This document shows positions 49,291-59,688 of a DNA stretch of 64,000 bases, piece by piece. The stretch is from NCBI GenBank assembly GCA_965208835.1, contig OZ242358.1:1376001-1440000 (forward strand), in the 5' to 3' direction. Both the position numbers and the translations under genes were made by a program. The notes beneath the pieces are model-generated. The model did no database searches and had not been told where the DNA came from. It saw nothing but the letters and a program-made list of their open reading frames with translations. This stretch comes from Candidatus Latescibacterota bacterium. Lineage in GTDB: Bacteria; Latescibacterota; UBA2968; GCA-2709665. Each line of letters starts with the position of its first letter. Within the stretch, counting starts at the first letter, position 1.

Positions 49291-49575
49291 ATGGCAAAAG
49301 AGGAAAAGGTCTCACTCGAAGGAACCGTCGCGGATACGCTTCCGGACGGGCAGTACATGGTGGAAGTGGAGGGTGGTCATCAGATTCTGGGATATACGTC
49401 GGGAAAGATGCGGCGTTTCAATATTCGGGTACTGGTGGGCGATCGGGTGACCATCGAGACCTCGCCTTACGATCTCAATCGCGGACGCATCGTGTGGCTG
49501 CACCGGCTGCCCCCGCCGGAAGATGCGGGCGGAAAGCGCAGAACGGGTGGCAACCGCCCCAGGCGCCGGCGCTAG
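49291..49575 (+). CDS. infA: Translation initiation factor IF-1
   Basis: MAKEE..EGTV..TLP, SGKMRRFNIRVLVGDRVTIETSPYDLNRGRI; GGAGG RBS. Confidence 0.96.
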   Translation: MAKEEKVSLEGTVADTLPDGQYMVEVEGGHQILGYTSGKMRRFNIRVLVGDRVTIETSPYDLNRGRIVWLHRLPPPEDAGGKRRTGGNRPRRRR

Positions 49576-49827
49576 TCGGTCGGTCATTATTTGTTGTAAA
49601 CAAAAGAAGTTACAATCCACACGGACTTCTGTGCGAAAGGCATGCGCTTACCGCGTTATGCTGGGTGAGTATCTACAGATCTTCACGTGCTCGGGCCGAA
49701 TCTGAATATCGATCGGCCTGTTTGTTTCTCCCCGCACCCACGTCGCCTTCCCCCGAGTCAGGCCAAAACCCGCCCAATCTTACGTGAGAACGAGTTTACG
49801 AAACTACGAAAAACCGGGAATGCCTCA

Positions 49828-49907
49828 CTCGCCTGTTCGCACTCTCGCCTTTTCGTCTACTCGTTTCCTCGTATTCTCGTCTATTCGTATTCTCGTCTTC
49901 TCGCCTG
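49828..49907 (+). repeat. Ten tandem degenerate octamers YTCGYNNN
   Basis: ctcgcctg ttcgcact ctcgcctt ttcgtcta ctcgtttc ctcgtatt ctcgtcta ttcgtatt ctcgtctt ctcgcctg. Confidence 0.85.
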
Positions 49908-49915
49908 CGTTCGCC

Positions 49916-50629
49916 ATGGAAAATGGAAGGTGTACAATAGAGACTTCGGACTATGCCCGATTCCTGTCTGAACTAGAGGATCAGAGTGTCGATCTGATCT
50001 TGACCGACCCTCCATATACCATAAGCCGCAAGACTGGATTCAAGCACGTTGGGCCCAGGAGTGTCGAGCGGTTCGCCGTGGGCATGGATTTTGGTGCATG
50101 GGACCACGCCAGGATCGACCTGGACGTTTTGGCCGAACAGGCATTGCGTGTACTCCGACGAGGTGGAACAGCGATCATTTTTTACGACTTGTGGAAGATG
50201 AGCTATCTGGCTGACAGCATGAATAATGCCGGCTTCAAGCAATTGCGTTTCATCGAGTGGGTTAAGAAAAATCCCGTTCCGCTCAATAGCAAACGCAACT
50301 ACCTCACAAACAGCAGAGAGATTGCTGTATCGGGTGTCAGGTCGGGCAAACCAACCTTCCATAGTGAATACGACAACGGGATATACTCTTTTCCCATACC
50401 GAACAATGGAAAAAGACGTCATCCAACTCAAAAGCCAATGTCGTTGTTCAGAGAATTGATTGAGAAACACAGCAACCACGGCGACTTGGTGGTCGATCCA
50501 TTTCTTGGATCGGGGACCACCGCGATAGCTGCATTGAGCCTTTCACGATGTTTCAGCGGGTGCGATATCGACAGCAACTACGTTGAAATAGCGAAAGAAC
50601 GAGTCAATGAGGCTGAACAGGACTTCTGA
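49916..50629 (+). CDS. Orphan N6/N4 DNA methyltransferase, beta class
   Basis: DLILTDPPY precedes HPTQKP and DPFLGSGTT. Confidence 0.94.
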   Translation: MENGRCTIETSDYARFLSELEDQSVDLILTDPPYTISRKTGFKHVGPRSVERFAVGMDFGAWDHARIDLDVLAEQALRVLRRGGTAIIFYDLWKMSYLADSMNNAGFKQLRFIEWVKKNPVPLNSKRNYLTNSREIAVSGVRSGKPTFHSEYDNGIYSFPIPNNGKRRHPTQKPMSLFRELIEKHSNHGDLVVDPFLGSGTTAIAALSLSRCFSGCDIDSNYVEIAKERVNEAEQDF

Positions 50630-51144
50630 CGAATCGAAGTTGACCGTGCCGAGGAAACGCGATGACGAAAAAGAGGAATCTAGCGAAGCGCAAGACAGAT
50701 CCCCCGTCCGCTGGATCGTCGCCGGAAGCAGTCGACGGATCGCCTGAAAACGTAAAGCGTGCTCCACTGACCTCGCGTCAAAGAGTACCTGGCGGGCGGA
50801 AGTACCTCGATCGGAGTCGATAGAGAACACAGGCAGAAAGACCAATATCCACTCTGGCTCGACCATCACTATTTAAGAGGCCAGGGTGCCATTGCCGCGC
50901 TAAGTGAAGCGACAATACGTTGCCGCCGTGTGGTGTGTTTTGCTACTTGAAAGTTTTCGTCGCAAGCGCTGCGATGGAATAGTGTCGCCTGCCAGACGCC
51001 AAAGGGAGAAGAGCTGATTTCCGCGATAACTGGCCGCACGACACCTGTCTCGAACGTACCCCCAATCGAAGCTCCGCCATAGGTGTAAGATTGGCAATAC
51101 GCACGCTTAAGTGCGTTTGATTATTGCCATGTATCTGCAATTTA

Positions 51145-51179
51145 AAGGAGCCGCCCAATACCCATTTGGACGGCTCCTT
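51145..51179 (-). terminator. Possible intrinsic terminator hairpin
   Basis: AAGGAGCCG/CGGCTCCTT stem between convergent genes, with a short T run on the minus strand. Confidence 0.4.
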
Positions 51180-51365
51180 CGTCTTTCTCGTTTGATTTAC
51201 GCTGCAAGACCTCAACTCAAAATGCGTGCATTCCTATTCTCGCTGTCTATGCACGGATGACACGAAAACCCCCCACCGCATCAGCCGTCGCCGGTCCCTT
51301 CCACAGGCTTAAGGACAGCGCCTTCGACCTTTCCACTAGCTGAGGGTACCGGCTCGGCTTCTGCG

Positions 51366-51386
51366 ACTCCCCCTCAAGGGGGGAGT
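51366..51386. repeat. REP-like hairpin
   Basis: ACTCCCCCT-CAA-GGGGGGAGT. Confidence 0.6.
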
Positions 51387-51437
51387 GATGCGGGTGTTCT
51401 GAATGCCCCTGACTTACCAACTGCTTTTATCCCTTGA

Positions 51438-52379
51438 TCACGGCACCTGAGCCCCCACCGTCTCCACGTAGACGGAAAACAGCGATTGGGAGCAGGTCAT
51501 GAACAGCCTGTTCTTTTTGGCGCCGCCGAAGCATAGGTTTGCGCAGGAGGCGGGCAGGTGGATCTTGCCGATTAGAGTACCGTCCGGCGCGAAGCAGTGC
51601 ACGCCGTCGTAGCCGTCTCCCGCCCAGCATGCCCCCGCCCACAGGTTGCCGTCCTCGTCGGTGCGCATCCCGTCCGCCGACGCGGGATCCATGTCGGTGA
51701 AGACGCGTCCATTTGCAAGGCGGTCGCCTTCCACGTCGAAAACCCGGATGTGGGCGGGGTACTGGGGCCCGTCCGACCGCCCGGTATCGACGATGTATAA
51801 CTTCGACTCGTCCGGGCTGAAGCAAAGGCCGTTCGGCCGCCGGAAGTCTCCCGCGACAACGGTCGCTTCACCGGTGTCCGGATCGAGACGGTACACGTTG
51901 GTGTCGTTCTCGAATTCGGCCCGGTGTCCTTCATAGTTCATCAGGATGCCGTAACCGGGGTCGGTGAACCAGATCGACCCATCGGTCTTGACCACGACGT
52001 CGTTCGGCGCATTCAGCGGCCTGCCCTCGAAGCGATCCATCAGGACCGTGATCGAACCGTAGTATTCCGTCCGCGTGACGCGCCGAGCGTCGTGTTCGCA
52101 CGATATCAGACGGCCCTGGCGATCGCGCGTATTCCCGTTTGTGTTATTCGATGGTTTGCGAAAGACCGAGACGTCTCCTGTCTCTTCTTCCCACTTGAGG
52201 ATGCGGTTGTTGGGAATATCGCTGAACAGCAGGTAACGGCCGTCTCCAAACCACACCGGGCCTTCCAGCCACCGGCCGCCCGTCCAGAGCATTTCGATGG
52301 CTGCGTTCCCGAGTTTGTACTTTGCAAAGCGCTCGTCGAGCACCTCGATGCGGCTGTCCGGATATCTCACAATGTCCAT
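51438..52379 (-). CDS. SMP-30/gluconolactonase family protein
   Basis: WLEGPVW, FSDIPNN, NAPNDVVV, FTDPGYG, PNGLCFSPDE, ADGMRTD. Confidence 0.95.
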   Translation of the reverse strand: MDIVRYPDSRIEVLDERFAKYKLGNAAIEMLWTGGRWLEGPVWFGDGRYLLFSDIPNNRILKWEEETGDVSVFRKPSNNTNGNTRDRQGRLISCEHDARRVTRTEYYGSITVLMDRFEGRPLNAPNDVVVKTDGSIWFTDPGYGILMNYEGHRAEFENDTNVYRLDPDTGEATVVAGDFRRPNGLCFSPDESKLYIVDTGRSDGPQYPAHIRVFDVEGDRLANGRVFTDMDPASADGMRTDEDGNLWAGACWAGDGYDGVHCFAPDGTLIGKIHLPASCANLCFGGAKKNRLFMTCSQSLFSVYVETVGAQVP

Positions 52380-52650
52380 AATTCCGTTCCCGTCCCTTCA
52401 ATTGTTCCGAACTTATCGGAGATCTGACGAATGCACGTAATATACCAGAAGACACACGGTCTGACGACAGGTTGTGCGACGCATAAGGTGTGAACTGACT
52501 TACTACGCGCGATCCCGACTTCCGCGTAATCCACAGGAAATACGCTACGGCAAATTGTATCTTCGCGGCAGTCTTGTCAATGGATTTGCGGGCAGCCGGA
52601 ACGTGTCTGCCATCGCCGTTACGGTCAGAGCTCGAAAAATCCGCCACACC

Positions 52651-52679
52651 TTGACAACTATTCAGACGCCCTTTATATT
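52651..52679 (+). promoter_or_regulatory. Near-consensus sigma70 promoter
   Basis: TTGACA-17 nt-TATATT. Confidence 0.75.
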
Positions 52680-52818
52680 GAAAATTAGCAGCGGTGAAGG
52701 CTCCGGTTAAGGCGGTCATCAGTCAACTCGGAGCGCGTTGACTGCGTTCCCACGGAAGATGTGAATCGATTGCGGTAACGAGTCAAGATGTGGAAAGCCA
52801 GGCCGTAAGATCATCCAA

Positions 52819-53769
52819 ATGACAAGACGTCGTTATATTCGGGGATTGAATCTGGCGACCGTCCTCGTCTGTCTGTTTTCTCCCGATCCGGCCAGGTGTG
52901 GGGAAGCGGGCGCGTCACGTCCGATGTACCAGGTGGCCAGCCGGCAGGAAATACTGGATGCGATGCGGCAGGTCGGCGATTACGACCCGACGGCGACGAC
53001 GAACGGCGCGCGTTTCCAGTGGGAGGTGATTTTCAATCTCGCGCACCGGGCGTGGGAACGGGACCCGCGGGGTGCGCCGCTGTTTATCGGCTCGGAAGAC
53101 TGGTTTCAGGCGTTTATGGAGAAAACCGGTCGCGCGGAAGATGAGATGCCATTGTACGCGCGGTTGGCCTATGAATATAAACAGCATATGGACGTGGAAT
53201 ACAGAATGGATCGAGTGATCCGGAGGGTAGACGAAGGGCCGGCGCCTCGATTGGCATTGAATGTCCGCATCTGGTGGGAAGACCGGACGGACAAGGCAGA
53301 TCGTTACTCATACCGGGATACGCTGTCGACGCCCACCCTCAAGATTACGATTCGTCGGTTGATTTCATACCGGCTGCTGGATTTCGGAGACTGGTTCGTC
53401 TGCGATAAAATCAGGGGGCTCAGTGGACGTCCGACGTCAGGACTGCTGGGGTTCATCTTCCGGATTATCGGCGACGGACGCATAGTACACTCCCGGATGG
53501 CAGTTTCATCCGACGGCCTTCAGATTGTCCGCGGGACGTCCAGGAAGGGCTTCATGGGAATGACAACCACCGCTACCGTCTATCCGGATGGAGAGATGAT
53601 CAAGGATCTGCCGGATGGCCGGTCCGATCTGAAGGAGCTCAAGAATCGTATCAAGCAGACGCTGAAAGTTGAATACGTGGAATTTCCCGCCGGCAGATTG
53701 CGGAAACCGGAAATTCCGTTCGAACAATCAAAAAGCCCGCCTATGGAGGATCCGCATGACCGAACGTGA
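52819..53769 (+). CDS. Hypothetical exported protein
   Basis: 316-aa ORF with a basic then hydrophobic N terminus; follows a strong promoter and overlaps the next gene. Confidence 0.7.
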   Translation: MTRRRYIRGLNLATVLVCLFSPDPARCGEAGASRPMYQVASRQEILDAMRQVGDYDPTATTNGARFQWEVIFNLAHRAWERDPRGAPLFIGSEDWFQAFMEKTGRAEDEMPLYARLAYEYKQHMDVEYRMDRVIRRVDEGPAPRLALNVRIWWEDRTDKADRYSYRDTLSTPTLKITIRRLISYRLLDFGDWFVCDKIRGLSGRPTSGLLGFIFRIIGDGRIVHSRMAVSSDGLQIVRGTSRKGFMGMTTTATVYPDGEMIKDLPDGRSDLKELKNRIKQTLKVEYVEFPAGRLRKPEIPFEQSKSPPMEDPHDRT

Positions 53770-54586
53770 AGGAGACGCGAGATATACGATGGGGCGCAGC
53801 AAGGGAGAGGAGGAGCGGTTGATGCACCAGTCGCAGCTGTACGACGCGATCACCCGTCGTTTTCTGCATGAAGCGGGCGTTGGCAGCGGGATGCGGGTTC
53901 TCGATATCGGCTGCGGTCCCGGCGACGTCTCCCTGACGGCGGCTGAATTGGTGGGTCCCGAAGGGGCAGTCGTGGGCGTGGACGTCAATCCGGCCATCAT
54001 CGACACCGCTCGGGAGCGGGCTCGCACCGCTGGATTCTCCAACGTCGAATTCAGGGTTGGCGACGCCCGGACGTTGGACGTGGGAAATGACTTCGACGTG
54101 CTGATGGGCAGGCTGGTGCTGATGTATATGGGCGACCCTGCCGAAGCGCTCAGGCAGCTGACAACCCGGCTTCGCCCGGGCGGAATCGTGGCGTTCCAGG
54201 AGGCCGATTTCAGCTACTATCGCAAGCTACCCGATACGCCTGTGGCGAATGATCTGATCGAATGGGCCATCTCGGTTTTCGAACGATCAGGCGCCCACAC
54301 CGAGATGGGGTTCAACCTTTTCGGTGGGTTTGTAGACGCGGGACTGCCCGAGCCGGAAATGGATCTCGCGGCGCCGGTTGGCGGGCCGGAGTACTGGACG
54401 GGGTACCGGTTCGTGGTGGAAGCATTTCGCAGCATGGTTCCGCTCATCGAAGAGTTCGGGCTGGCAACGGCAGAAGAGGTGGATCTGGAAACGCTGGCAG
54501 ACAGGCTCCGAAACGAAGTGGTGTCGACCAAACGCGCGTTCATGCTCCCGCCCCACGTAACCGCGTGGGCGGTGCTCCCGGAATGA
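53756..54586 (+). CDS. Class I SAM-dependent methyltransferase
   Basis: VLDIGCGPG, VVGVD, FRVGDA, LRPGG; GGAGG RBS. Confidence 0.93.
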   Translation: MTEREGDARYTMGRSKGEEERLMHQSQLYDAITRRFLHEAGVGSGMRVLDIGCGPGDVSLTAAELVGPEGAVVGVDVNPAIIDTARERARTAGFSNVEFRVGDARTLDVGNDFDVLMGRLVLMYMGDPAEALRQLTTRLRPGGIVAFQEADFSYYRKLPDTPVANDLIEWAISVFERSGAHTEMGFNLFGGFVDAGLPEPEMDLAAPVGGPEYWTGYRFVVEAFRSMVPLIEEFGLATAEEVDLETLADRLRNEVVSTKRAFMLPPHVTAWAVLPE

Positions 54587-54635
54587 GCGATACCCGGCGG
54601 ATGTGTGATTGTCGGCGTTTTATGCGGTGTTTCCG

Positions 54636-55916
54636 TCACCTTTCAGAACGTCCGGCCGCGCGGATGCCCTCTCTTTCGTCTACCCACTTCAGAATCACAC
54701 CTCCGGCTACGAACAATACGGCCACAATCGATATGCCGACGCGCTGGGACTGGAACGCCCGGGTGAGTTCGCCGAGGACAAGGGGTCCGAGAAAAGCCGT
54801 GGCCTTGCCCGAAAAGGCGAATAGGCCGAAAAACTCGTTTTCCTTCTTCCGTGGGACGAATCGGCCCAGGAGCGACCGGCTGGCCGATTGGTTGGGCCCC
54901 GCGAAAAATCCCGCCATGATGCCGGAGATCCAGAAGACGGCCTTGCTTTGGGTGAATATGGCCATCACCGTCGCGACGGTGAGAAACACGAGGCTGATCT
55001 GAATGGTGCGTTTGCCGCCCAACCGGTCATCGAGAAAGCCCAGCGCGAATGCCCCGACGCCGGCGGCAACGTTCAGGACGATTCCGAAGACCATGATTTC
55101 GGTGAAATTGAAACCGAACGTCCCCGCCGCGTAGATTCCGCCGAAAGAGAAGATCGTAATGAGCCCGTCGTTGTAAAAGAGGCGGGCAATAAGCAATTTG
55201 ATAATTTCCCGATACTGCCTGGCTTCCCTGAACGTAAGGACGAGCTGGCGATACGAGGACGACAGAACCCCGCGCAACTGTGATGCGCGGGTTTTTTTTT
55301 GTTTAACCCAGAGGAAAATCGGGACGCTGAAGACCGCAAACCACGCGGCGACCAGCAGGTTGGTCGCGCGAATGTGCGCGCCCGCTTCCTTCGTGAAACC
55401 GAACCAGGGCGTTTCCGCGCTGACAAAGCCGACCATGGCAACGGCCATTGCCAGGAGACCGCCGATATAGCCCAGGCCCCAACCGTACCCCGATACTCGC
55501 CCGATGTATTTCCGGGGCGCGATGTCCGGAAGAAAGGCATTGTAGAAGACGTTGCCCATTTCAAAGGCAAAATTCGCTACCGCGAACCAGAGCAGCGCCT
55601 TCAGGACCTGGCCCGGCAGTGCCGTGTATAGGCCTGTGGTGGCAACAACTGCAATAATGGTGGAGACGAGGAGAAAACCCTTACGGAACCCGCCTCTGTC
55701 CGCTACGGCACCAGCAAGCGGCGAGACCAGCGCCACGGCGATGGCCGAAAAGGTGACGCCTCTGGACCAGAGTGTGGTACCGGCAATTTCGTTTGGCGCG
55801 AGGGATTTTACAAAGTAAGTGGAGTAGATGAAGGTGACCACAAGGGTCGTGAAGGCGGAGTTGGCGAAGTCGTACATTGCCCAGGAAGCAATGGTTTTCT
55901 TGTCAATCCTGTTCAA
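54636..55916 (-). CDS. MFS transporter, UMF1/Atg22-like
   Basis: SWAMYDFANSAF, FYNAFLPDI, SGYGWGLGYIGG, ENEFFGLFAFSGK. Confidence 0.92.
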   Translation of the reverse strand: MNRIDKKTIASWAMYDFANSAFTTLVVTFIYSTYFVKSLAPNEIAGTTLWSRGVTFSAIAVALVSPLAGAVADRGGFRKGFLLVSTIIAVVATTGLYTALPGQVLKALLWFAVANFAFEMGNVFYNAFLPDIAPRKYIGRVSGYGWGLGYIGGLLAMAVAMVGFVSAETPWFGFTKEAGAHIRATNLLVAAWFAVFSVPIFLWVKQKKTRASQLRGVLSSSYRQLVLTFREARQYREIIKLLIARLFYNDGLITIFSFGGIYAAGTFGFNFTEIMVFGIVLNVAAGVGAFALGFLDDRLGGKRTIQISLVFLTVATVMAIFTQSKAVFWISGIMAGFFAGPNQSASRSLLGRFVPRKKENEFFGLFAFSGKATAFLGPLVLGELTRAFQSQRVGISIVAVLFVAGGVILKWVDEREGIRAAGRSER

Positions 55917-55941
55917 GAGCGAAGATCCCTTAGAAAAACGC

Positions 55942-55966
55942 GGGGGCGACCATAAGGGCCGCCCCT
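55942..55966. repeat. REP-like hairpin
   Basis: GGGGGCGACC-ATAA-GGGCCGCCCC. Confidence 0.55.
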
Positions 55967-56069
55967 GTAAATGTAACGCGGATACGGATGTCGTTGAATC
56001 GATACAGGCGCAGTTGGCGGTTTCGGCCGGGTAGCGGCGTGTTGTCTGATTTCTTTTGTCTGCCGTTTC

Positions 56070-58952
56070 TTAAAAATCTGCCGTCAGTCCGACCGAAACG
56101 AGGCGGCCGATCTCGGGAGCTCCGACGAATTCGCGGTGTTTCTGGTTGAACATGTTGGAAGCGTTCACGACGAGCGCGACGGTTCCCTCAGTAATCATGG
56201 ACGGCAGTTCGTACCTGACGTTGGTGTCGAAGACGAGGGCAGACTTGACGTCGCCGATGTAAACACCGGAGTTCATTGGAAATCCGCTGCGTCCTCGGAG
56301 ACGGAATCCGACCCTGACCCCGCGATCCTGCATATTGGCCGTTGCCCCCAGGGTGAACTTGTTACGAGGCGCGTTCAGCGCGATATCCGCAATGCCGGCC
56401 AGATTTTTGAATAGATCCTTGTTGACGTGGGAGTAGCTGCCCGAGAAGGACCAGGTTTCGTCGGCGTAATAGGCAACGCTGACGTCGAAGCCGTAGAAAT
56501 CCACGTCGCCGAAGTTACGATAGGCCAACATGACGGCGTGGGGATCTGAAGCTTGCAGGGGTGAAACGGTGCCGAAGGGAATAAACGCGGCGCCGTTGTT
56601 ATCTGTGCCGGCCACGAAGAGACGGGTGATCTCGTCAACGGGTGTGTTGTTTCCGTTGCCGCCCTGTTCCGGCATATCGAGGACGCCGAGCGCTGCGGCC
56701 AGAAGCGCCGCTGAGGGGTCCTGCAGGGCTTGCGCGACTGCGGCGGAAAGCGAGGCCGAGAGCGCGGCGGGATCCAGGAATACGTTAGGCGTTTCCACCC
56801 GCAGCGGCGCCACGAAGTCGTGGGTGCGGGTACGGTACACGTCGGCCGACAGGGCGAAGCGATTCCCGAAGATACCCTTGTAACCCAGTTCATAGGTTTC
56901 GGTGATCGTCGGCCGGATTTTGTCAATGTTACGTATCGTGGAAGCGCCCAGGTCCGGAACCGGATCGAAGGCCGCGGTTGATGGATTCAGAACCATCAGT
57001 GTGTTCTGGAGGCCGGGGAGGGTCTGCGGTATGATATTCTGAAAGCCAGCCGCCAGCGCCTCCACCTGCGCGGCAGCCAGGGCGGGAATCTGTTCCGCCG
57101 GTACCCCGGCGGCCGTGAGTTGCCCGGTTATCAAAGCGGTTGCAAGTTGCTTCAGCGAAGGAAGGGCCGCGGCCATAACCGCGCTTCGACCGACTCCCCA
57201 CATGACGTTGCTGAACCTCGCGTCGTTCATCCTGATGTGTTGTGTGGGCGACATGCCGACCACCTGGGCGAACGGCGACCGGAAAGTGGGAACGCCGCCG
57301 GCGTCGCGGCTCCATGTGAATCCATTCTCGTTGCCCTGTGCGCGAACGTCGAAACTGGGGCTGAATCCCAGAACCGGCTGAAAGCCGCGACCCGTGCCGA
57401 AGGCGTCTCTGGCCTGGACAAGGTCCAGAAAGAAGTTGCTTGTGGACGGCGTGCTGAACGCCCGGTTGTACGTAAGCCGGAAGGTCTGCAGAGGGTCGGG
57501 TTTGACCACAACAGCGCCACGGGGAGAGAAGATGCGTTCGTCAACGTGGTTGTGGTCGTCCAACCGGGCCGCCCCCAACAGGGTAACTTGCTCGTTCAGG
57601 TTGATCTCGCCCTGCACGTAGGCGCCGAATTCGTCGATGTCGTCTCGGGTTTCATTGGAACCCGTAATCGTCCCGTCTGTATTGGGACGCGTAAACAGGC
57701 CGTCCACCCCGTAGGTAATCCTGCCGCGGTCCGCCACACTCAGGCTGTGCTGGGCCTGCAGGACCGTAAAGGATGACGTGTCCACGATGGGGTCATTCGT
57801 CCGGAGGAGCTTGGTATCCCCCGCGTCGCTGGCATTGTGAAAGGCCTGAATGAAAACGTCCTTGAAGAGTACGCGGCCCTGCACGAAGTAATTCGCCCAC
57901 CCGTCGGCCTGGCCCGCGCCGATACCCGTCATTTCAATGCTGTTGATGCGGGCGAAGCCCGTTGAAAAAATGCCTGTGAAGTCCTCGGTCGGGCGGACGT
58001 CGAGGCGCAATTCTCCGCTGATTCGACTCGTGTCATAGTCCCTGGGATTCCGGCCGCGCAGCCGCACTTCCTCCGGGTCTTCGTGTTCCCAGTCGGTTCC
58101 GGAAAAGTACTGTCCGGAGAGTTTGACGCCTACGATGTCCGACGTCGCGGCGTGCCGAAAGGAGACTTTCCTCATATCGCGTTCTCCGCCCATGACGCTG
58201 ACAGACGTGCCCTCGGAGCCGAAGGGCGACCGGGTAACGATGTGCATAACGCCGTTCGCACTGTTGGGACCGTAAAGCGCTGACCCGGGGCCAAGGACGA
58301 CCTCGACGCGGTCGATGTCGTGGTTTGTAACGGGAATGAAGTGATGAGCGTTGAATCGCAGGGAAGGAACACGGGAAATCCTGTTGTCCACCAGGGTAAG
58401 CAGCGTTCCGGAGAAGACGTTGTTAAAGCCGCGCGCCACGGTATTGGCCTGAAACAGGCCGGTCTGGGCGTTGTCCACGCCAGCAAGCCCCACGATGTAG
58501 TCCGCGGCACTCAATCCGCGTTGAGTCTGAATCTCTTCGTTCCCTACAACCGCTACAGACGCCGGCGCGTCAAGGACCTTCTCCCGCCGGCGTGACGCGG
58601 AGACGACGATCTGGTCGCCATAAAGAACCTCGACGTCCAGAATGAAGTCGAGGTTGATCTCGCCGCCTCCGGATATCCTGACGTTGCTTCGGGTTACAGT
58701 CTCGTATCCGACAAAGGATGCGGAGACCCGGTAGGCGCCGTCCGGAAGATTCGCGGCCACGTACATTCCGTTCTCGTCGGTGGACACGTTCATGGGAGCG
58801 GACAGTGGGGATCCCTGGACAATGACGTTGGCGCCGAACAGAGGGTCGCCCTCGTCGCTGGTGATCTGTCCCTTTATGGAACCCGCTCCCTGGGCGAAAG
58901 CGGATGTGACGAAGCACAGAAGCAGGGCGAGTACCGTTCTTGCGGATGGCAT
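56070..58952 (-). CDS. TonB-dependent receptor with N-terminal carboxypeptidase-regulatory-like domain
   Basis: Signal peptide; IVVSASR; plug IDRVEVVLGPGSALYG; NMFNQKH; terminal Phe. Confidence 0.95.
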   Translation of the reverse strand: MPSARTVLALLLCFVTSAFAQGAGSIKGQITSDEGDPLFGANVIVQGSPLSAPMNVSTDENGMYVAANLPDGAYRVSASFVGYETVTRSNVRISGGGEINLDFILDVEVLYGDQIVVSASRRREKVLDAPASVAVVGNEEIQTQRGLSAADYIVGLAGVDNAQTGLFQANTVARGFNNVFSGTLLTLVDNRISRVPSLRFNAHHFIPVTNHDIDRVEVVLGPGSALYGPNSANGVMHIVTRSPFGSEGTSVSVMGGERDMRKVSFRHAATSDIVGVKLSGQYFSGTDWEHEDPEEVRLRGRNPRDYDTSRISGELRLDVRPTEDFTGIFSTGFARINSIEMTGIGAGQADGWANYFVQGRVLFKDVFIQAFHNASDAGDTKLLRTNDPIVDTSSFTVLQAQHSLSVADRGRITYGVDGLFTRPNTDGTITGSNETRDDIDEFGAYVQGEINLNEQVTLLGAARLDDHNHVDERIFSPRGAVVVKPDPLQTFRLTYNRAFSTPSTSNFFLDLVQARDAFGTGRGFQPVLGFSPSFDVRAQGNENGFTWSRDAGGVPTFRSPFAQVVGMSPTQHIRMNDARFSNVMWGVGRSAVMAAALPSLKQLATALITGQLTAAGVPAEQIPALAAAQVEALAAGFQNIIPQTLPGLQNTLMVLNPSTAAFDPVPDLGASTIRNIDKIRPTITETYELGYKGIFGNRFALSADVYRTRTHDFVAPLRVETPNVFLDPAALSASLSAAVAQALQDPSAALLAAALGVLDMPEQGGNGNNTPVDEITRLFVAGTDNNGAAFIPFGTVSPLQASDPHAVMLAYRNFGDVDFYGFDVSVAYYADETWSFSGSYSHVNKDLFKNLAGIADIALNAPRNKFTLGATANMQDRGVRVGFRLRGRSGFPMNSGVYIGDVKSALVFDTNVRYELPSMITEGTVALVVNASNMFNQKHREFVGAPEIGRLVSVGLTADF

Positions 58953-59109
58953 AAACTAACTCCTTACGTTTAACTTTCAGATTTACAGCTTGTGTATGGA
59001 GGATGAAAGTTTATGGGGATACACTGGGGATTCGGGGATCGCCCGGGCAGAAGGAGGGAGTCCGCGGTCGCTCGTTTTCTCCAAAAAAATCGTCCGTCAC
59101 CCGGTTAAG

Positions 59110-59688
59110 TCAGCCGGGCGTCACGCGGTCGCCGCCGTCTGGCGTGCGGGCGAGTTCCGCCCTGACCGCAACCGCCAGCGGTTCGGCAGAAGCAAGATAT
59201 CTGCGCTTACTCGAGAAGACGCCACCGCCGATCTGTTCGCCGGGCAGCCTCGGTATCAACTGAAAGTGAAGATGGGAGAGCGGTCCGGAACACATGGTAA
59301 CCTGATAGACTTTGTCGCAGGCGGTTACCGTTTTCAGCGCGCGGGTCAGTCTAAGCATGACCGACATCAACTCCGTACCCAACTCGTCCGATAGCCCGGC
59401 GATGTCCGGAACGTGCGGTTTGGCAATCAGGATCGTGTGACCCAGGCCGCGCGGGTATTGCTCGAGGACCGCAAAACACCGCTCGTTTTCGAACAACAGT
59501 GCGCCGTCAGGGTTCGACGCTGCCTCTCTCTCCGCAATCGAGTGACAGGTATGGCAAATCCCCTGCTGGACAAGCCGCTTCCATCCGCGCCCGCGCTCTG
59601 CGCGTTCGCGCAATTCGTGCTCCGTGGCCGGCCGCACACAACCCTGTAGTCGAACGAAATTGGCAGCCGCCGGTTTATGGTTTCGCAT
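59110..59688 (-). CDS. HIT family protein
   Basis: CHTC, GHTILIAKPH, HLHFQLIPR. Confidence 0.88.
   Translation of the reverse strand: MRNHKPAAANFVRLQGCVRPATEHELRERAERGRGWKRLVQQGICHTCHSIAEREAASNPDGALLFENERCFAVLEQYPRGLGHTILIAKPHVPDIAGLSDELGTELMSVMLRLTRALKTVTACDKVYQVTMCSGPLSHLHFQLIPRLPGEQIGGGVFSSKRRYLASAEPLAVAVRAELARTPDGGDRVTPG

Noticed and set aside
50543-51215. Cognate restriction endonuclease or other CDS after the MTase
   Set aside because: Only short ORFs without recognisable motifs or an RBS.
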